Source of the DNA: Klebsormidium nitens
Lineage: Eukaryota > Plantae > Klebsormidiophyceae
DNA: 64,000 bases
Assembly (NCBI GenBank): GCA_000708835.1
Contig: DF237088.1
Span: 1-64,000 of the forward strand
Reading direction: 5' to 3'
The translations under genes and the position numbers were made by a program. The notes beneath the pieces were generated by a model. The model was not told the origin of the DNA. It worked only from the letters and a program-made list of their open reading frames with translations, and did not search any database. This document shows positions 1 to 12,596 of this stretch, in pieces. Position 1 is the first letter of the stretch; each line of letters starts with the position of its first letter.

Positions 1-259
1 AGTTCTGCTGGATATAAGAAAAATCTGGTGGGCCCGCCAGACTCATTGGCAGGCCTGCCCGTGGTCGTTGCGACCTGTTGGTAAACTCGCGAAAGACAGT
101 AACAGAACTTTGACGTCACATACGTTTCTTGTACGACCTCCCTCGTACGTCCGTCCTGTACGGGCCCGAGGGATGTCCTTCCTAGTGCCTCGAATGCCAG
201 TGGACGTCTTGCCAATTGGATAAATGTCGTCTGGCTAAGAACGGAAAGTATATCTGCAG

Positions 260-1881
260 GCTGCGCCAAGTGCTGGCCAACGACTTGAGCTTGATTCTGT
301 CCGTGTCCGGACCTCGCCACCAAGCTCGCCAAGCGCAACCTCAACAAGGACCGTAGCCTGGAAACGTACAAGGTCAGGCCGCATATCTAATGTTTCTGGC
401 TGTTTTGATCGCAAATTGGGTCTGCATTTCAGGAGCTGTCCTGTGTACCTCTTCCTCGAAACCGACCTATTTTGTTTCCAGGAGCCCCGTTGTGACCGAC
501 GGAAGTGTCTTAGCTAATGTTCGTCCAGCCTTTTTCTGGGCCGTATTACGCCAAGGGGCGTTTCGAATTTCGGTGTAACGGGGGTGTAACTTACTTGTTA
601 CCGATGGTTCGCGTCTGAGCACTTAATAAAGCTTGTATGGGAAAGCAATGATTTTGAAGTTTCGAGGAGTCTTAACTTGAATAGATTGTCTTAGTACTCG
701 CTGATATCTTTCTTGCGGTGATTGCAGGACGTCTTGGGAGGCATCGGTTCGGCGAAGCGAAGTACTCCCGGAGACGAACGGTTTGCGCGAGGTCAGGCAT
801 GGGGTTCGACCTGAGGAGGTGAGCTCACTTGCTCTACACGTCTCTGCAACGCAACGACAGACGTACTAAAGACAACCCTGTGATTAGCCGGTAAGACGAA
901 ATCATGCGCACTTCTTGTGGCGAAAATCCTAGTCTTCTTTCCACACAGACGGGGCACCGCGACTCGGAGTTTCTGGGAGCAGTATAAGCAGCCAGAGTTG
1001 ACAGTTGGCCGATATTCCGGCCCCCCGTCTGACTTGTCACCAAGTCCGAGAGACTGAACATGGTGACAAATTGTCACTCCGATCGATAGTCAAGCCTCGC
1101 CCTGTCTTTCTCTGGCCATTATTTGATCTAGTCACTTTTGGATGGACACCTCTTCATCGAGGAACCTCGATGGGTCACTCAGATGATGCTGAATTTTTAT
1201 ATTGTATCTTGCAGCACAAGCGGCGGTGGTCCACGAGATTGGTTGGACACTGGGACAAGTACGACGACGGGGCGAAGCATCATTCGGGTATGCGGAAATA
1301 TCCGTCCAGATACTCATTTGCATCACATCTCTTTTATCAACCTCATTGGCCTTTTTGTACACAGATTCGCCATCAAGTGGTGACGAATAACCACACACAA
1401 TGTTCCTCTGTTTCAGCCTGGTCGGGTTCGTTGCAGGGTGATCCTCTTTCCCAGGCGTCAAGGGACCTGTAAACATTTGATGAGCTGACAGCCGGTAATT
1501 TTTTAAAGCAAAGCTTTGGAGATGGATACAACGAAGTGGACACTGCGCCAGGAGGTGCAGCTGCGGAGCGCCTTTGACACCCAAGGCTCGCCCTAGCATT
1601 TGTGGCAATGTTAAGCACGCTCGCGTCTCAAGCGGAGTCACTTTCTACTCTGTGTTCGCTTTATTATATTGCACACTGTTCCAACTGAACGGTTGCATGT
1701 TGTTCCCCTTTGCAGAGAGATTAGCAGATTTTCTCCGCTGTGTGCCGTGGTGGCCCGGCCGTCGAAAACCCTCCAAACGCTGGAGACGGCGCTACATGCT
1801 GCTGAGATTCCGACTGTGCAAGAGGAACCCTCAGCTCAAGCGGAGCTGCAGGCTCCTGTTTCTGACCGGGGCCTCAGATGA
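260..1881 (+). CDS. 3' end of an unidentified spliced gene or decayed gene entering from the left edge
   Basis: Exon-like segments bounded by AG/GT at about 260-372, 728-818, 1215-1288, 1418-1469 and 1716-1881 join into one open frame ending at TGA 1881. Other frames look equally coding-like and carry stops. No family recognised. Confidence 0.3.
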
Positions 1882-2880
1882 GCGGCCGGCCAGCCAGCCG
1901 ACTTTGAGTCCCCTAGCTAGCTATGAGTTTGAACGATATTGTCAAAGCGAATACGACAAATAGGAAGAAAGAAGTGAGCTTCTGCTTTGAAATTGAATTT
2001 GCCAGATCGATATGCAGGTGCATGCGCAACTAGGTACGTGCACCTTCAGATCATGGCTTGATGTTTGCCCTAAACTAAAGCTAGGCTGCGCCCAACTTTA
2101 TCAGGTAGTGTAGCATGATTCGTCGAATTGTGTTCGTATTCCCTGGCATTTTATAATGCTTTGACATCGCCTCACATAACTAGAGCGCGTCAAGGATCCA
2201 CATTGGGCCGCGCGCATGCATAGCCATGAATCGCGCAGGATATCTTTTGTATTGTGCATGAAGCAGGCTGCATTGTGAAAAGCCGCCTGGGTTTAAGCAC
2301 ATCGAGCCTCTATCATTCTCGCTAATTAAGCACATAAAGAGCAATGAGGCCATGCCGTGATATTCAGTTTTCAAAAGCCGCGTTAGTATCAGTCATACAT
2401 GCATGATGCAGAGAATACGTACTTTTGCCTCATGCATGATCGAGCTGAAGCTTGAAGCAGCTCGCTTGAAGATATAGCCTCACCAAGAGATAGAATTCCC
2501 TTGAAGTACGCCAGGCATTGCCAATATCACAATATATACTGTTACTGTAGTCATCTAGTAAACAACCATGTTCTTTTCAAATCAAGCCTGCCATGAATGA
2601 CTGTTTGAAGGGTGGCGGCGGACCATGATGTACCCAAGTGGTCCCCAACAGCTGGGGTTGGTATACAGAATGCAGCAACTTCGCAACGTTCAGAAAGCTT
2701 TGTAGTACGTAAGCCCCTCAATCTTGCGGTGTGACCATAGCAAAGAGCCTTTTTAAGTAACTTGCGAGCCAAACAAGGTTGAAAGAAAGCCACACAGCAC
2801 CGCACGTCTTTGAAGATTGTTAAAGCCACTTATTGACAGCCAGGGACTCGGACGAGATTGCGGGGCGCAGCGTCGACCAA

Positions 2881-4826
2881 CTAATCACACTGGTTCTGTT
2901 TACTTGCTGCACTATCTGCTTGACAGTTAGCCACTTCAATGGAGCCTCCTGTAGTATCCGACTTGGCTAATGATTGCAGGACTTCAAGGAGCCTGAGTGC
3001 TTCTTCATGCACATCTCCCTTGATACGCTTGCAGCTTAATATGCCTTCCAACCTGTTGAGTACTCCTAGTACCTCAGCTATAGCTTTCCGGAACTTTTGT
3101 TTGCGCGCCATCCCACAAAGTAGCCAAAGAGCACTTTGCACCGTTGTAGTCATGTAATTGTCCAACATGTCTACAATTACCTGCAAGGAACCAGGAATAG
3201 AGGCGATCGCCTCCATCACCCCGGCCTCAGCCTTGACGTACCTAAGCAAGATAATCACATCCTCTTGCATGTCTTGAGTCCACTCTGAACCAGCACCCTC
3301 TTTTGGATCCAAGCACTTCACGGCCTTCTGCCAAAATCCAGGCACCGCTGTGATGCTTTCGGCCGATCTGCTGTCTTCTGCCAGGGTGCTCAACGCCCAT
3401 GCCGCTTTTTCCCGAGTTGCGATGCTTGAACTGCCTAACAGATTCACCAACCCTTCAAAGCACCCTGGAACATCAGCCACAGCCTTCGCCATATCATTAC
3501 TAGCCAAGTTCTGCAGACACCATGCCGCACCCTCCTGTATTTCAACGATCCCGCACTTCAAAAGGCTCACTATTGACTGAAGGGCCCCTGGCATGAGTGC
3601 ATGAGTTCGCTGCAACTGAAATGGTCTGCAAACCGTGCCAAGGAATGCATGGCAATCCTCCGCACGGCCTTACTTTCATCATCCAGGAGATTCACAAGTC
3701 CCTGCAGGATGGCAGGAGCCAGCTGGACCGCAAGCTCGTTGACTCTGTACTCATCTGCCAGACTCCCCAAAGTGGATGCGGCTGTCCATCGCACGGTCTT
3801 GCACTCACTTCCAAAGAACGCAAGCAACCACTGCAGGCTCCTGGGACAAGACGCTATTGGTATGCAATTTTGCCGCTGCATCGCTAGATTGTCAAGGATG
3901 ATGAGAGCAAGTCCTCCCTGTGCTGATTCCTCTTGCTTTTCGAGAAGACCTACCAGCTTTTGCAAGCACCCTGGAACTCTGCCGATGGCAACTTTTATTT
4001 CTTCCTCAGAATTCCCTTCGTATAAGAGTTCTGCAAGCATATCCAAAGCCTTCTCGCTGACGTCACTGCTCTTGCTATCCAGGAGACCCACTACTAACTC
4101 CAAGCTTCTCGGCACCACCGTGCTCTTGACGCCCAGACCGACTATTTGACTACCCCATGCAACGGCTTCAATCACAGAGCTCAGCTCATAGTCCTGACCC
4201 TCAAGATGGTGAAGTTCTAATGTCTTGAGACTGGAGAAGGACTCGAAGAAAGAAGCAATCTCAGTGTTCGGAATAGCAAACCCAAACAAAGACAGATCTC
4301 GAAGATTTGCAAAGGGCTTTGTTAAACCCAAGCGATTCAGGATGACGGCAGGGCTGTGCCACCTGCTCTCCCACAGGAATATGTGCAACACCACCAGCTC
4401 CTTGCATTCCTGGAGCATGACAAGAACGCGCTTCCAATCAATGTTTTTCGCTTCCTTCTCGCTGAAGTCCAACGATAAGTAGACCTCTTGAAGGGTGTCC
4501 TTCGCATGAAGTGTGACAGACTGAAGCACGGCTATCAGATTGACAGGTTGCTCCGCTTTCAGCGCCATCTTCCTCAACGAACCCCTGCACCCATTGCTAC
4601 GTGCGTAGCGGATAAACTGTCTCTGATTCTGAGGCCAATCAGCAAAGTCCCACTCAAGGCACCCTGTGATGCGCACCAGCTCTTGAAACCTCCTGCAGAC
4701 AGCCTCCAGCCGCAGTCTGTCCTGAACCTGATCTTGCAAGAGACACGGCTTTCACAACGCTCTCTCAAAGATGCTCTCAAGCAACGCATCACAAAGACGG
4801 TCGAAGCAATTCTCCTTTGGGGCCAT
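2881..4826 (-). pseudogene. Intronless F-box + LRR-like + ARM-repeat gene with a premature stop and a frameshift
   Basis: ATG 4826 reads MAPKENCFDRLCDALLESIFERAL*KPCLLQDQVQDRLRLEAVCRRF, an F-box-like motif with in-frame TGA at 4754-4752. An LRR-like segment follows (FANLRDLSLFGF, FSSLKTLELHHL), then ARM-like repeats (VPGCLQKLVGLL, APAILQGLVNLL, MPGALQSIVSLL, VPGCFEGLVNLL). ORFs 4739-3570 and 3615-2881 join if one T is restored near 3620; the span is 1946 nt, i.e. 3n-1. Confidence 0.8.
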
Positions 4827-5483
4827 TGGTCAGGCGTCTCATGCTCTGCTGGGTGAAATGAATGCACCTGCAACCCACCTGCAAGTGCATTGCTTTGAAG
4901 CTGACGATGAATGTCACTCTGGCTCCAGCCTTCAGACTTCTGGCCGCAACTTCCAGCCGCAACTTCAACTTCAAGCTGCTCGTCAATCTGAATGCAGCTT
5001 CAACTTTCAGTGACATCAGCTAGCGCCAAATTCTTTGCGGCTTGAGTGATCCCCCAAGCACGCATGCGAGCGCGTTTTGTGGCCCCCAGGACTGTGACTC
5101 GAGCAGGAAGGACAGGGAACTGGAACTTGAAGCCTTCGGGATGAAAAAGGAGGGACGAAGGAGAAAGGCGCTGGCAATCCGTGATGAGCAGAGCGCTTCA
5201 CATTGGCAGGCCCTCTCTCTTGAAGATAGGATCTGCTGGCTTTAAAAGTGCTTCCGGAGAGGGGCCAGTAGCGCCTAGTTTGAGGGCTTTATCAAGACGC
5301 TTTGTCTTGCAGCACAAAGAGAGCGATGCTGCACAGCTCAGGCGTTTGGGGCGTTTGAACTGCGCACACTTCTCAAGACCACATCAGACAACGGTTTCAA
5401 AGAGATTGTTTCAGGAGGGGCGTCTGCCTGAAGATAAAAGCACCCCTGTCGGGTACAGTCCCTTTGAGTCCCAGCACAGAACT

Positions 5484-8400
5484 ATGTCGTGGCTCAGCCG
5501 CGGAACGTCGAACACTGACCTCATCCGTCAGATGCAGGCATTTGGCGCAATAAAGTCTGAGAGGGTGGCGAACGTCATGCGGGAAGTGGACCGGGGCCTC
5601 TTTGTACCACCGTCTGAAGATGCGTACCAGGATGCTCCGCAACCGATTGGGTTCAATGCGACAATCTCAGGTCTGTGTACACGGGGGAAGACCTTGATTG
5701 AGAATCTTCAATTGACATGCGGCTTCCCAGGAACTTGGTCGAGAACTGCAGCATCCAAATGGGTGGTGCAGCTTTGATTGGTGACCAGGCTAATACCTGA
5801 TGATTCTGAGCTGTAAGTTGCACCTCAATGCTGAAGGGGTGTAATGATTGAGTGATTGACAGCGCCTCACTTTGAAGCGACTGTCCTACATGTCACCGAT
5901 GGTATTTTCCACAGGAATGATTCCCTTGAAGTTTTAAGTGGTTGCGCGTCTGAATTTTGAAATTCAAAGCTTTCAAGTGACCTGGTGTGTCAGTGGCCCC
6001 TCCCTCTTACTTCACACATGAGGAATTGCTTAGTCAGTAGTTCCCAAGTACCTCTGCTAAGGAGTCATCTCATGACGTTAAAGTGCCGGTTCGAAAGTTG
6101 CGCAGCAACTTAAGACTTCTCCCTCTTACGCCACTGAAATATTTACCAGGTCTTCAAATATCGGCAATATGAGGCTGTACATCATCTGCTTCATGTTTAG
6201 ATTGCTATACTGTAGTAATTGCACAAACTCCTGCTGTCTGGGTCTGGTGTCCTGCCACAAGTAGTGTCAATCAGAAGCAGTTGCATAGTGTTTCCAACAA
6301 CTTAACAGCTTCCTTGCTCTGTGCAGCGCCGCACATGCACGCGCACTGCCTGGAGCTTTTGGAGAACCACCTGAAGCCCGGGGCGAGGGCGCTCGACGTC
6401 GGGAGCGGCACAGGGTACTTGACCGCGTGCATGGGGCTGATGGTCAAGGACGAGGGGGGCAAGGTGGTTGGGGTGGAGCACATCAAAGGTGGGGGCCTGT
6501 ATAAATACTGCTGTATGTAGTACCGGTAGCGGAGCTGTTGATGTAGGTTGTTGTTCCGAAAACTGAGAGAAGGAGCACGTCGAGGAGGAAAGTAGTCAGC
6601 AACTCTGTTCTCTTCAGAAGTTTCTAGAGCAAATCACGGCCAGTCTTTAATGTTCTGACTCGAAGTCTTGCAGTTTGCGAGCCGGAAGGCTTGCGGGTCC
6701 CCTATGAGATATGTTTTGGCGAACAGGGGCAAAGTCAGAAGCTTTGAGCGGGCTCTGCGTTCACACAGAAAACCAAGGAAGAATAGAAAGCCCACCCAGC
6801 CTTCTCTGGCCTTGTGCGTTTCGCCCCGTTTACAGGCCTTCTGTTCACTTCTTTCAACCTCTGTGCGCATCTTCCGCAGAGCTGACGGAGAAGTCCAAGC
6901 AGAACGTGCACAACTCGGCCGCGGGGCCCCTGCTAGAGCAAGGGGTGATCGAGCTACACACGGGGGACGGCCGCAAGGGCTGGCCGCCGCACGCGTTGTA
7001 TGACGCCATCCATGTGGGGGCGGCGGCGGAAGACACCCCCAAAGTGAGCCCCGCTTCTATTCTGAAGTTGTCGGTAGAATCTTTGCGTTTCCGAACAACA
7101 ATGATGGTTGTTCGGTTCCCAAACCTTGCGTTCGAGATTGACTTTTGACCGGATGTTCGTATGTGCGGCCTCTGCAGCTTGTTTTGTTTTACCCCGGGTC
7201 TATTTGAAGGGTTCTGCCCGAGCACAAGAAACCCGAGCACAGGGAATCTGTGAGTTTCCTTTTGGTGGACAGGGTACAAACACGAAAGTCGCTGATCTCG
7301 ATATGCGAATTGACTGTGTATAGAAGAGACGTAGAAGTTTGTGGGCGATAACAAAGAGGACGGCCTTGCTTTTTATCTGGACACAAATTTCATAAAGACA
7401 ACCAGTATTGACCTACTTGTTGGTGCTGGTGCTGTATCGGGTCTCATCACAAGCTGGTAGCTGCTTGTGGGCTGCCTCGCCTCGTGAGACTGCGCATAGC
7501 GAACTTGCTGCAGAAGAAGATGTCCAGAGTATCTTCTCTCATTCTTCTGGCCTCTTCGTCATATCGTCAGACGAGCCGCTGTTGCAACGGAAGTTCGCCT
7601 GGCATGTGCAGTGTGCATGCTGGTCGTTAGTCACAAAAAATTCCACTTGAGCAACGCTTGCTGGCAATGACGAAAGGTCTTCAGGTGGCGTTTTGCAAAC
7701 ATCACCAATGAAAACATCATCTGATCCCTAAGTCAGTGCCTGCTTGCTCAGTCCAATGATGGGATTGGCCTTTTTTGGGTTCTTGACTAGACCGTAGGAT
7801 TGCGAGATGACGTTTCCAAGCTAATCAGGCTTGACTTCCTATCCCGATGGCAAGTGTTGCACTTTTCAAAGTTCGCAAAGCTGTATCTGTTTGCATGATG
7901 TTCCTTGTGCTCTTGTGAAAGTCGGTCTTGAAAGCGAACTTTCTCTAGTCTCACTTAAGCAGAATTGCACTTGCACTGTCTGCCGCCTGTCTTGTACCCC
8001 GAAGGGTACCGCCGAAGGCCTTTCGGGCGGTCGAAGCGACTGTCCTTTGATAAGTTCTGGACTGGAAGTTTGCAACAGGGCTACCACGGAAGTTCCGGCA
8101 GGAGCACTGAAGTGTTCATACATGCCAGTTGACAAAGAGTGACCTGTACCAAAAAGAGTGGCACCCTGTGGATCGTTTGCATTTCTGGACACGGCAATTA
8201 TTCTTTGCGCATGGACAGAAGTCCAGGCGTCACGAGATACTTCTTTTTCCCATGAGCTGTCCAACTTCCGTCGGCGGACTTCGCTTACCCCTTCATGCTT
8301 TGCTCAGATTGCTGCCTACTCGTTCCTCTATTCTGTTCCAGCTCTTGTTTTGGTCCGTCTCAACTTACATCCTGATGTCGCCTGGGTTGAATCAGCTTAT

Positions 8401-8923
8401 TCGGCCTGTTGAGGATACTCCCTCCCTTCCCTCGCCCCGACCTTGGCTCGCTACACTCGCTGATCATCTAAAGCTTTTACCCATGCAGCTGACCAGATCA
8501 GAATGCGGACGTTTCAAAAGTTGACGTCCGGATCGTCCAACCCATATGTTGCAAAGTTCACGTCCGGATTGTCCGCACCTAATGTTTCAAAGCTCACATC
8601 CGGGTCGTGCGGACCCACATGTCTTAAAGCTCACGTCCGGATCGTCCAACCGGCTAACGCCGAGAAGTCTTCACCGGAAGAAGCGTTCTAAGTTTCGTGA
8701 TTCTGCTTTCTGATTCTCCTCGCTCTCGACTCAGGAGCTGCTGAACCAGCTGAAGCCGGGGGGCCGCCTGGTGTGCCCGGTGGGCAACGTCTTGGAGCAG
8801 TACCTCATGGTGTACGACAAGGCGGACGACGGGTCCGTCCGGGAGCACACGTCCAGCGGCGTGCGCTATGTGCCGCTGACCAACGAGCAGGACCAGCGGA
8901 GGCCCCGCGGGATCTTCCGCTGA
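5484..8923 (+). CDS. PIMT: Protein-L-isoaspartate O-methyltransferase, 4 exons, 233 aa, possibly N-terminally extended from ATG 5184
   Basis: Exons 5484-5670, 6327-6488, 6880-7043, 8735-8923, all GT-AG with consistent phases. Motifs [55 protein letters not shown]. Confidence 0.97.
8510..8651. repeat. Intronic minisatellite, 4 units of about 36 bp
   Basis: Units start at 8517, 8553, 8589 and 8626 (periods 36, 36, 37) with consensus aaagYtcacgtccggatcgtcc. Confidence 0.85.
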
Positions 8924-10260
8924 GGGTGCTACTTGTAAATCGGATAGACTGGGTTAGAAAAGGGTTACGGAAAGTGTAGAAACGGTTGAGGTATGATAGA
9001 TTGTACATTAGTGAGAGGAGAGGAAGCGAGTGCGCTCTCTGCAGCTCCGCTTTTTGGTACAAGGGTCTTGCGAAGAATATGCAGAGTCGTTTGACAGGAG
9101 TGTGCATAATAGGAGCTGGCCAGCTCCCCCTCGTGTCAATGATCAAGGGGTTACGGGTCTGGCAAGCTTTACTTAATGCTTGTTTTAGTCAAAAGAGAAG
9201 AATTTGTAAATATGTACATTGTGGCCTTACATGCGAAGCAATCAAGTTAGCACGACCTTCGTCTCCTGATGGGATTGTCTTCATCTGACGACCTTTCACT
9301 ACTAGGCTAGGCCAGGCCAGGCCGGGGCTTCCATGTATACCGCACACTTTGCGGCTCCTCGACGGTCTCCATTGTTGAGCGCCGAAGCTGCATGGCATGC
9401 TGATAGATGGGTATAAATGGTCACATCTGGCATTCCATGTGCTTCTCGTTGAAGCGTTTGACACGCGGTACGCTCGAAGGGGGCTACAGGAGAGTTTATA
9501 CCAATCAACACGTTATCAGCTAGCGGCTACAGCCACGCATACAGCTACTTCCCGTTGGCACGGCCACCATCTTAACATGTTGTCGCACTAGCTCGATTAT
9601 CTCTAAGTGGCCCGTGGGCTACAATCTGCACGCATCCCTCAAATCAGCAGTTGGGGTGCTGTCGTCCAGTCTCGAGATGCGAGCTCCCCGCATGCGCATG
9701 CAACCATTGAATGCGCGCGCCATGACACGCGGTAGAGCTTGATTTGGATTTCCGGTCGCGCTGCAGGCCGGCTGCCGCGCACAAGTAATGGGTGCGAAGG
9801 GGGTTCATCCAAAAACACAATTAATTAACAGTGGCAATACATGGGGCACGCGCCGCAAGGAGCACGTTCGAGTCGCCTTGCAAAGCAACTCGCTCTTTGA
9901 ATTCTCCCATCTGACATGTTCCACCTTTTTGAAAACTGCCTTCCTCAATCAATAGTACAGCCCAAAGATCACTTGAGACAGGACACATCCGCTTTTGCAT
10001 AGCCCCACAGGTCGGACTACCGTCTCAATACACGTACAAGTTGCTTACGAATTGCGCATGTCCAGCACGCTTTTTGGCTCAAACCAGTCCAGCTCATGCT
10101 GCGGCAATCGACGCACTTAAGCCTCTTCAATACCTTGCATAAAGCTTCCGTTGGTGCATTAGGTGATGGCCACGACGGAACGTGATTGCTGACGCAGGTG
10201 ACAGGCCTTTGACGTCTGAATACAGAAAGTGCCCTTCCAACCGGGCAACGGAATGCCATG

Positions 10261-12596
10261 TCAGCAGCTCGCTGACGTCACTTCCGCCTTCCGCGCCGCC
10301 AGGACCTCCTCCGGCTGGGCCATCTGCAGGACCGGCAGCGGCAACGCTTCACCGACGCCGCTGTTGTATGCGGAGTAACTGCCGCATCGGGCAATGTCGT
10401 CCTTCCATACGCCCTCGTACTTTTTGCCTTTTTGTGCATAGTAATACGTGCCCGCGCCGTTCTTCAGGTCCTGAGCCCACTGCCCCTCGTATCGGTCACC
10501 GTTGGCTGCATTGTGACATCACTTGACGAATCAGTGGCTGGCTGATGAAGCGGCACTATAATATGGTTCGTTTGACAAGTGTAATATTACAGCACATTCA
10601 AGTAATGATGCAGGGCTTCTTTTCTTGAGAGGACATCCTTGGATCTGACCACCGAAAGGCTCAACGGCTATCAGCACTTAAATCTTCGAGAGCCTCGACG
10701 ACTTTCAGCACTAGGAGTCCTGAGAGCCCCAATATGCCTTTCATGTCATGACTTTCTGAGTGGCGCGGCAAGTTCAGCCAGCTCGAACCAAGGGTACCGG
10801 CCCCACAGTCAAACCCCTCTGAATGTGGACCCTTTCCAATGATGCTCGAAGTGTTTTGTAAGGCGTTGGAAAGCAGGTGCCCAGGAAATTGAGCAACGGA
10901 TCCTATAACACTCACTCATCTGCAGCACTCCGTAGCCTTCCCGCATCCCCGCCGCCCACTCCCCGTCATACACGTCGCCGCCAAACCCGTCGATCGGCCG
11001 CCCTCCGTACGTCTGCCTCCCCTTCCCGTGCCGCTTACCGTTCTCGAAGTAGCCCTCGTATTTCTCGCCATACTCGTTGTACAGAATCCCGAATCCGTGC
11101 GTCTTGCCCTCTTGCCAACCGCCGCTGTATTCGACGGTGTACCTTCCGTTGCCCACGTTGACCCACATGGTGCCCTGGCCGTCGCGCTTGCCGGCCCTCC
11201 ATTCGCCCTCATACTTGTCGCCGTTCCTGGACACGAAGCGGGTTTGTGAGATTTTGCAAAAAGTACTACACAGAAAGGTTTGACTGCTAAACAGGTTCGA
11301 TAACCAGATTTCAGTCTGGTTCTTTGACCAATAACCGCGCTGGTTCTTTGACCAATAACCGCGTTATAGCCAGGTTTGAAACCTGGTTTACTGCTCGAGT
11401 CATAAACCAGCTTCGAACCAGCCCGTAACCGACTGTGGTTAACCGCCAAAAACCCCGAGCTTCGTGCTTCCTTAAGGAGAGTCTATCTGCTTTGGGTGTT
11501 TTGACGGAGGGTAAAACAGGGATGCGGAGGTTTTATTCTAATCAGCTGCACAGCAAGCCACAACTACTTTAATCGGCCCGGCTTGTTTTTGTGAGGCTTC
11601 TTGGTTTTGCCCAAGTGGTTTGAGTCAGATCCCGGATTCCATTGTGATTGGAATGCGTGTTGTCATACTTCGCTTAGGGACGGTTTGAGAACAAGACGGA
11701 CGAGCGTGACCATTAGTAGCTGTGATTTAGCTTTAGCTCTGTAACCCTCTGTCGCCAAGGATGCCTACCGATTCCTACTGTACACTCTCGCTTTTGTTCT
11801 CATCTCAAAGAGTGTATATCTACATGAAAAAAGTAACGACAATCGTTGTGTTGCCTGGCTGGTAATTCTACAGAAGAGGGGCAGAAGAGCCTGTCTTTCT
11901 GGTCGTAGAGTCGTAGCTCCCTAGTTTCATCTAGAAAAGTGCAGATAAGGACTTCCAAAACCGCCCCGATTTGCGTCAGCAAGCAGTCCTGAACAGATTT
12001 GTAAACTGCAAGCGGACTCGGGGTCGCCCCTGAGAAAGAATAAGCGCATGCAACTGCATTTCCTTAAAAGCAGCGGCGGCCCAGATCATGCAGCACTGGG
12101 AAGCGTTTGGATCGGAGCTGTCAACGTGAAGTTGGAAGCTAGTTCCAGATTATCCTAATGACATGATCAACAAACAGCTTCAGAAGGACATAAGGGGGGC
12201 ACTTAAGGAAAGCATAGAAGCTCCCGCAATGTCGAATCCGTCAAGTTTTTTCCTGTCAGCTCGGACATTCTGTTCGATCAAAAGAGCTTCAAGTTTCAGC
12301 ACCACGGTTGTTTCGACATTTATCTCCTAATGCCATCCCCGAGTATTGGTTTGTCATGTAGCAATTCTTGATAGCTGACAGTTCCACGACAGCACAGATT
12401 CCCACCTGTACATAAGCGTGCCCTTCCCATCCTTCTTGTTGTCCTTCCAGTGCCCCTTGTAGACCTCGCCCGTCACGAAATACACGTTGCTCCGCTGACC
12501 CGCCTTCTGTGCCAGCCGGTCCCGCGTCTTCCAAAGCTGTTCGGTCGCTCCATCCCCCAATGACATCACCGTCGGGCCGTCATTTGGGATCCCCAT
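10261..12596 (-). CDS. MORN3: MORN repeat protein 3 homolog (axonemal), 3 exons, about 248 aa
   Basis: Exons 12596-12406, 11226-10916, 10505-10261. N-terminus EQLWKTRDRLAQKAGQRSNVYFVTGEVYKGHWKDNKKDGKG resembles MORN3 as recalled. Successive YEGEW/YEGQW MORN repeats; C-terminus ARCGSY...LPLPVLQMAQPEEVLA. Start codon choice uncertain. Confidence 0.9.
11316..11386. repeat. 24-bp tandem duplication followed by a perfect 8-bp-arm inverted repeat in a MORN3 intron
   Basis: ctggttctttgaccaataaccgcg at 11316-11339 and 11340-11363; ccaggttt-g-aaacctgg at 11370-11386. Confidence 0.85.

Noticed and set aside
3616-3675. Small intron as an explanation for the F-box/ARM frameshift
   Set aside because: In-phase donor/acceptor pairs give only 50-56 nt and would delete an ARM helix conserved in the neighbouring repeats. 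The GTAAG donor is in the wrong phase.
4752-4754. Selenocysteine or programmed readthrough at the in-frame TGA
   Set aside because: Not a redox-motif position, no SECIS-like structure recognised, and the same gene has a second lesion.
8510-8651. CRISPR-like array
   Set aside because: The inter-repeat parts are short and similar to each other rather than unique spacers, there are no cas genes, and it lies in a eukaryotic intron.
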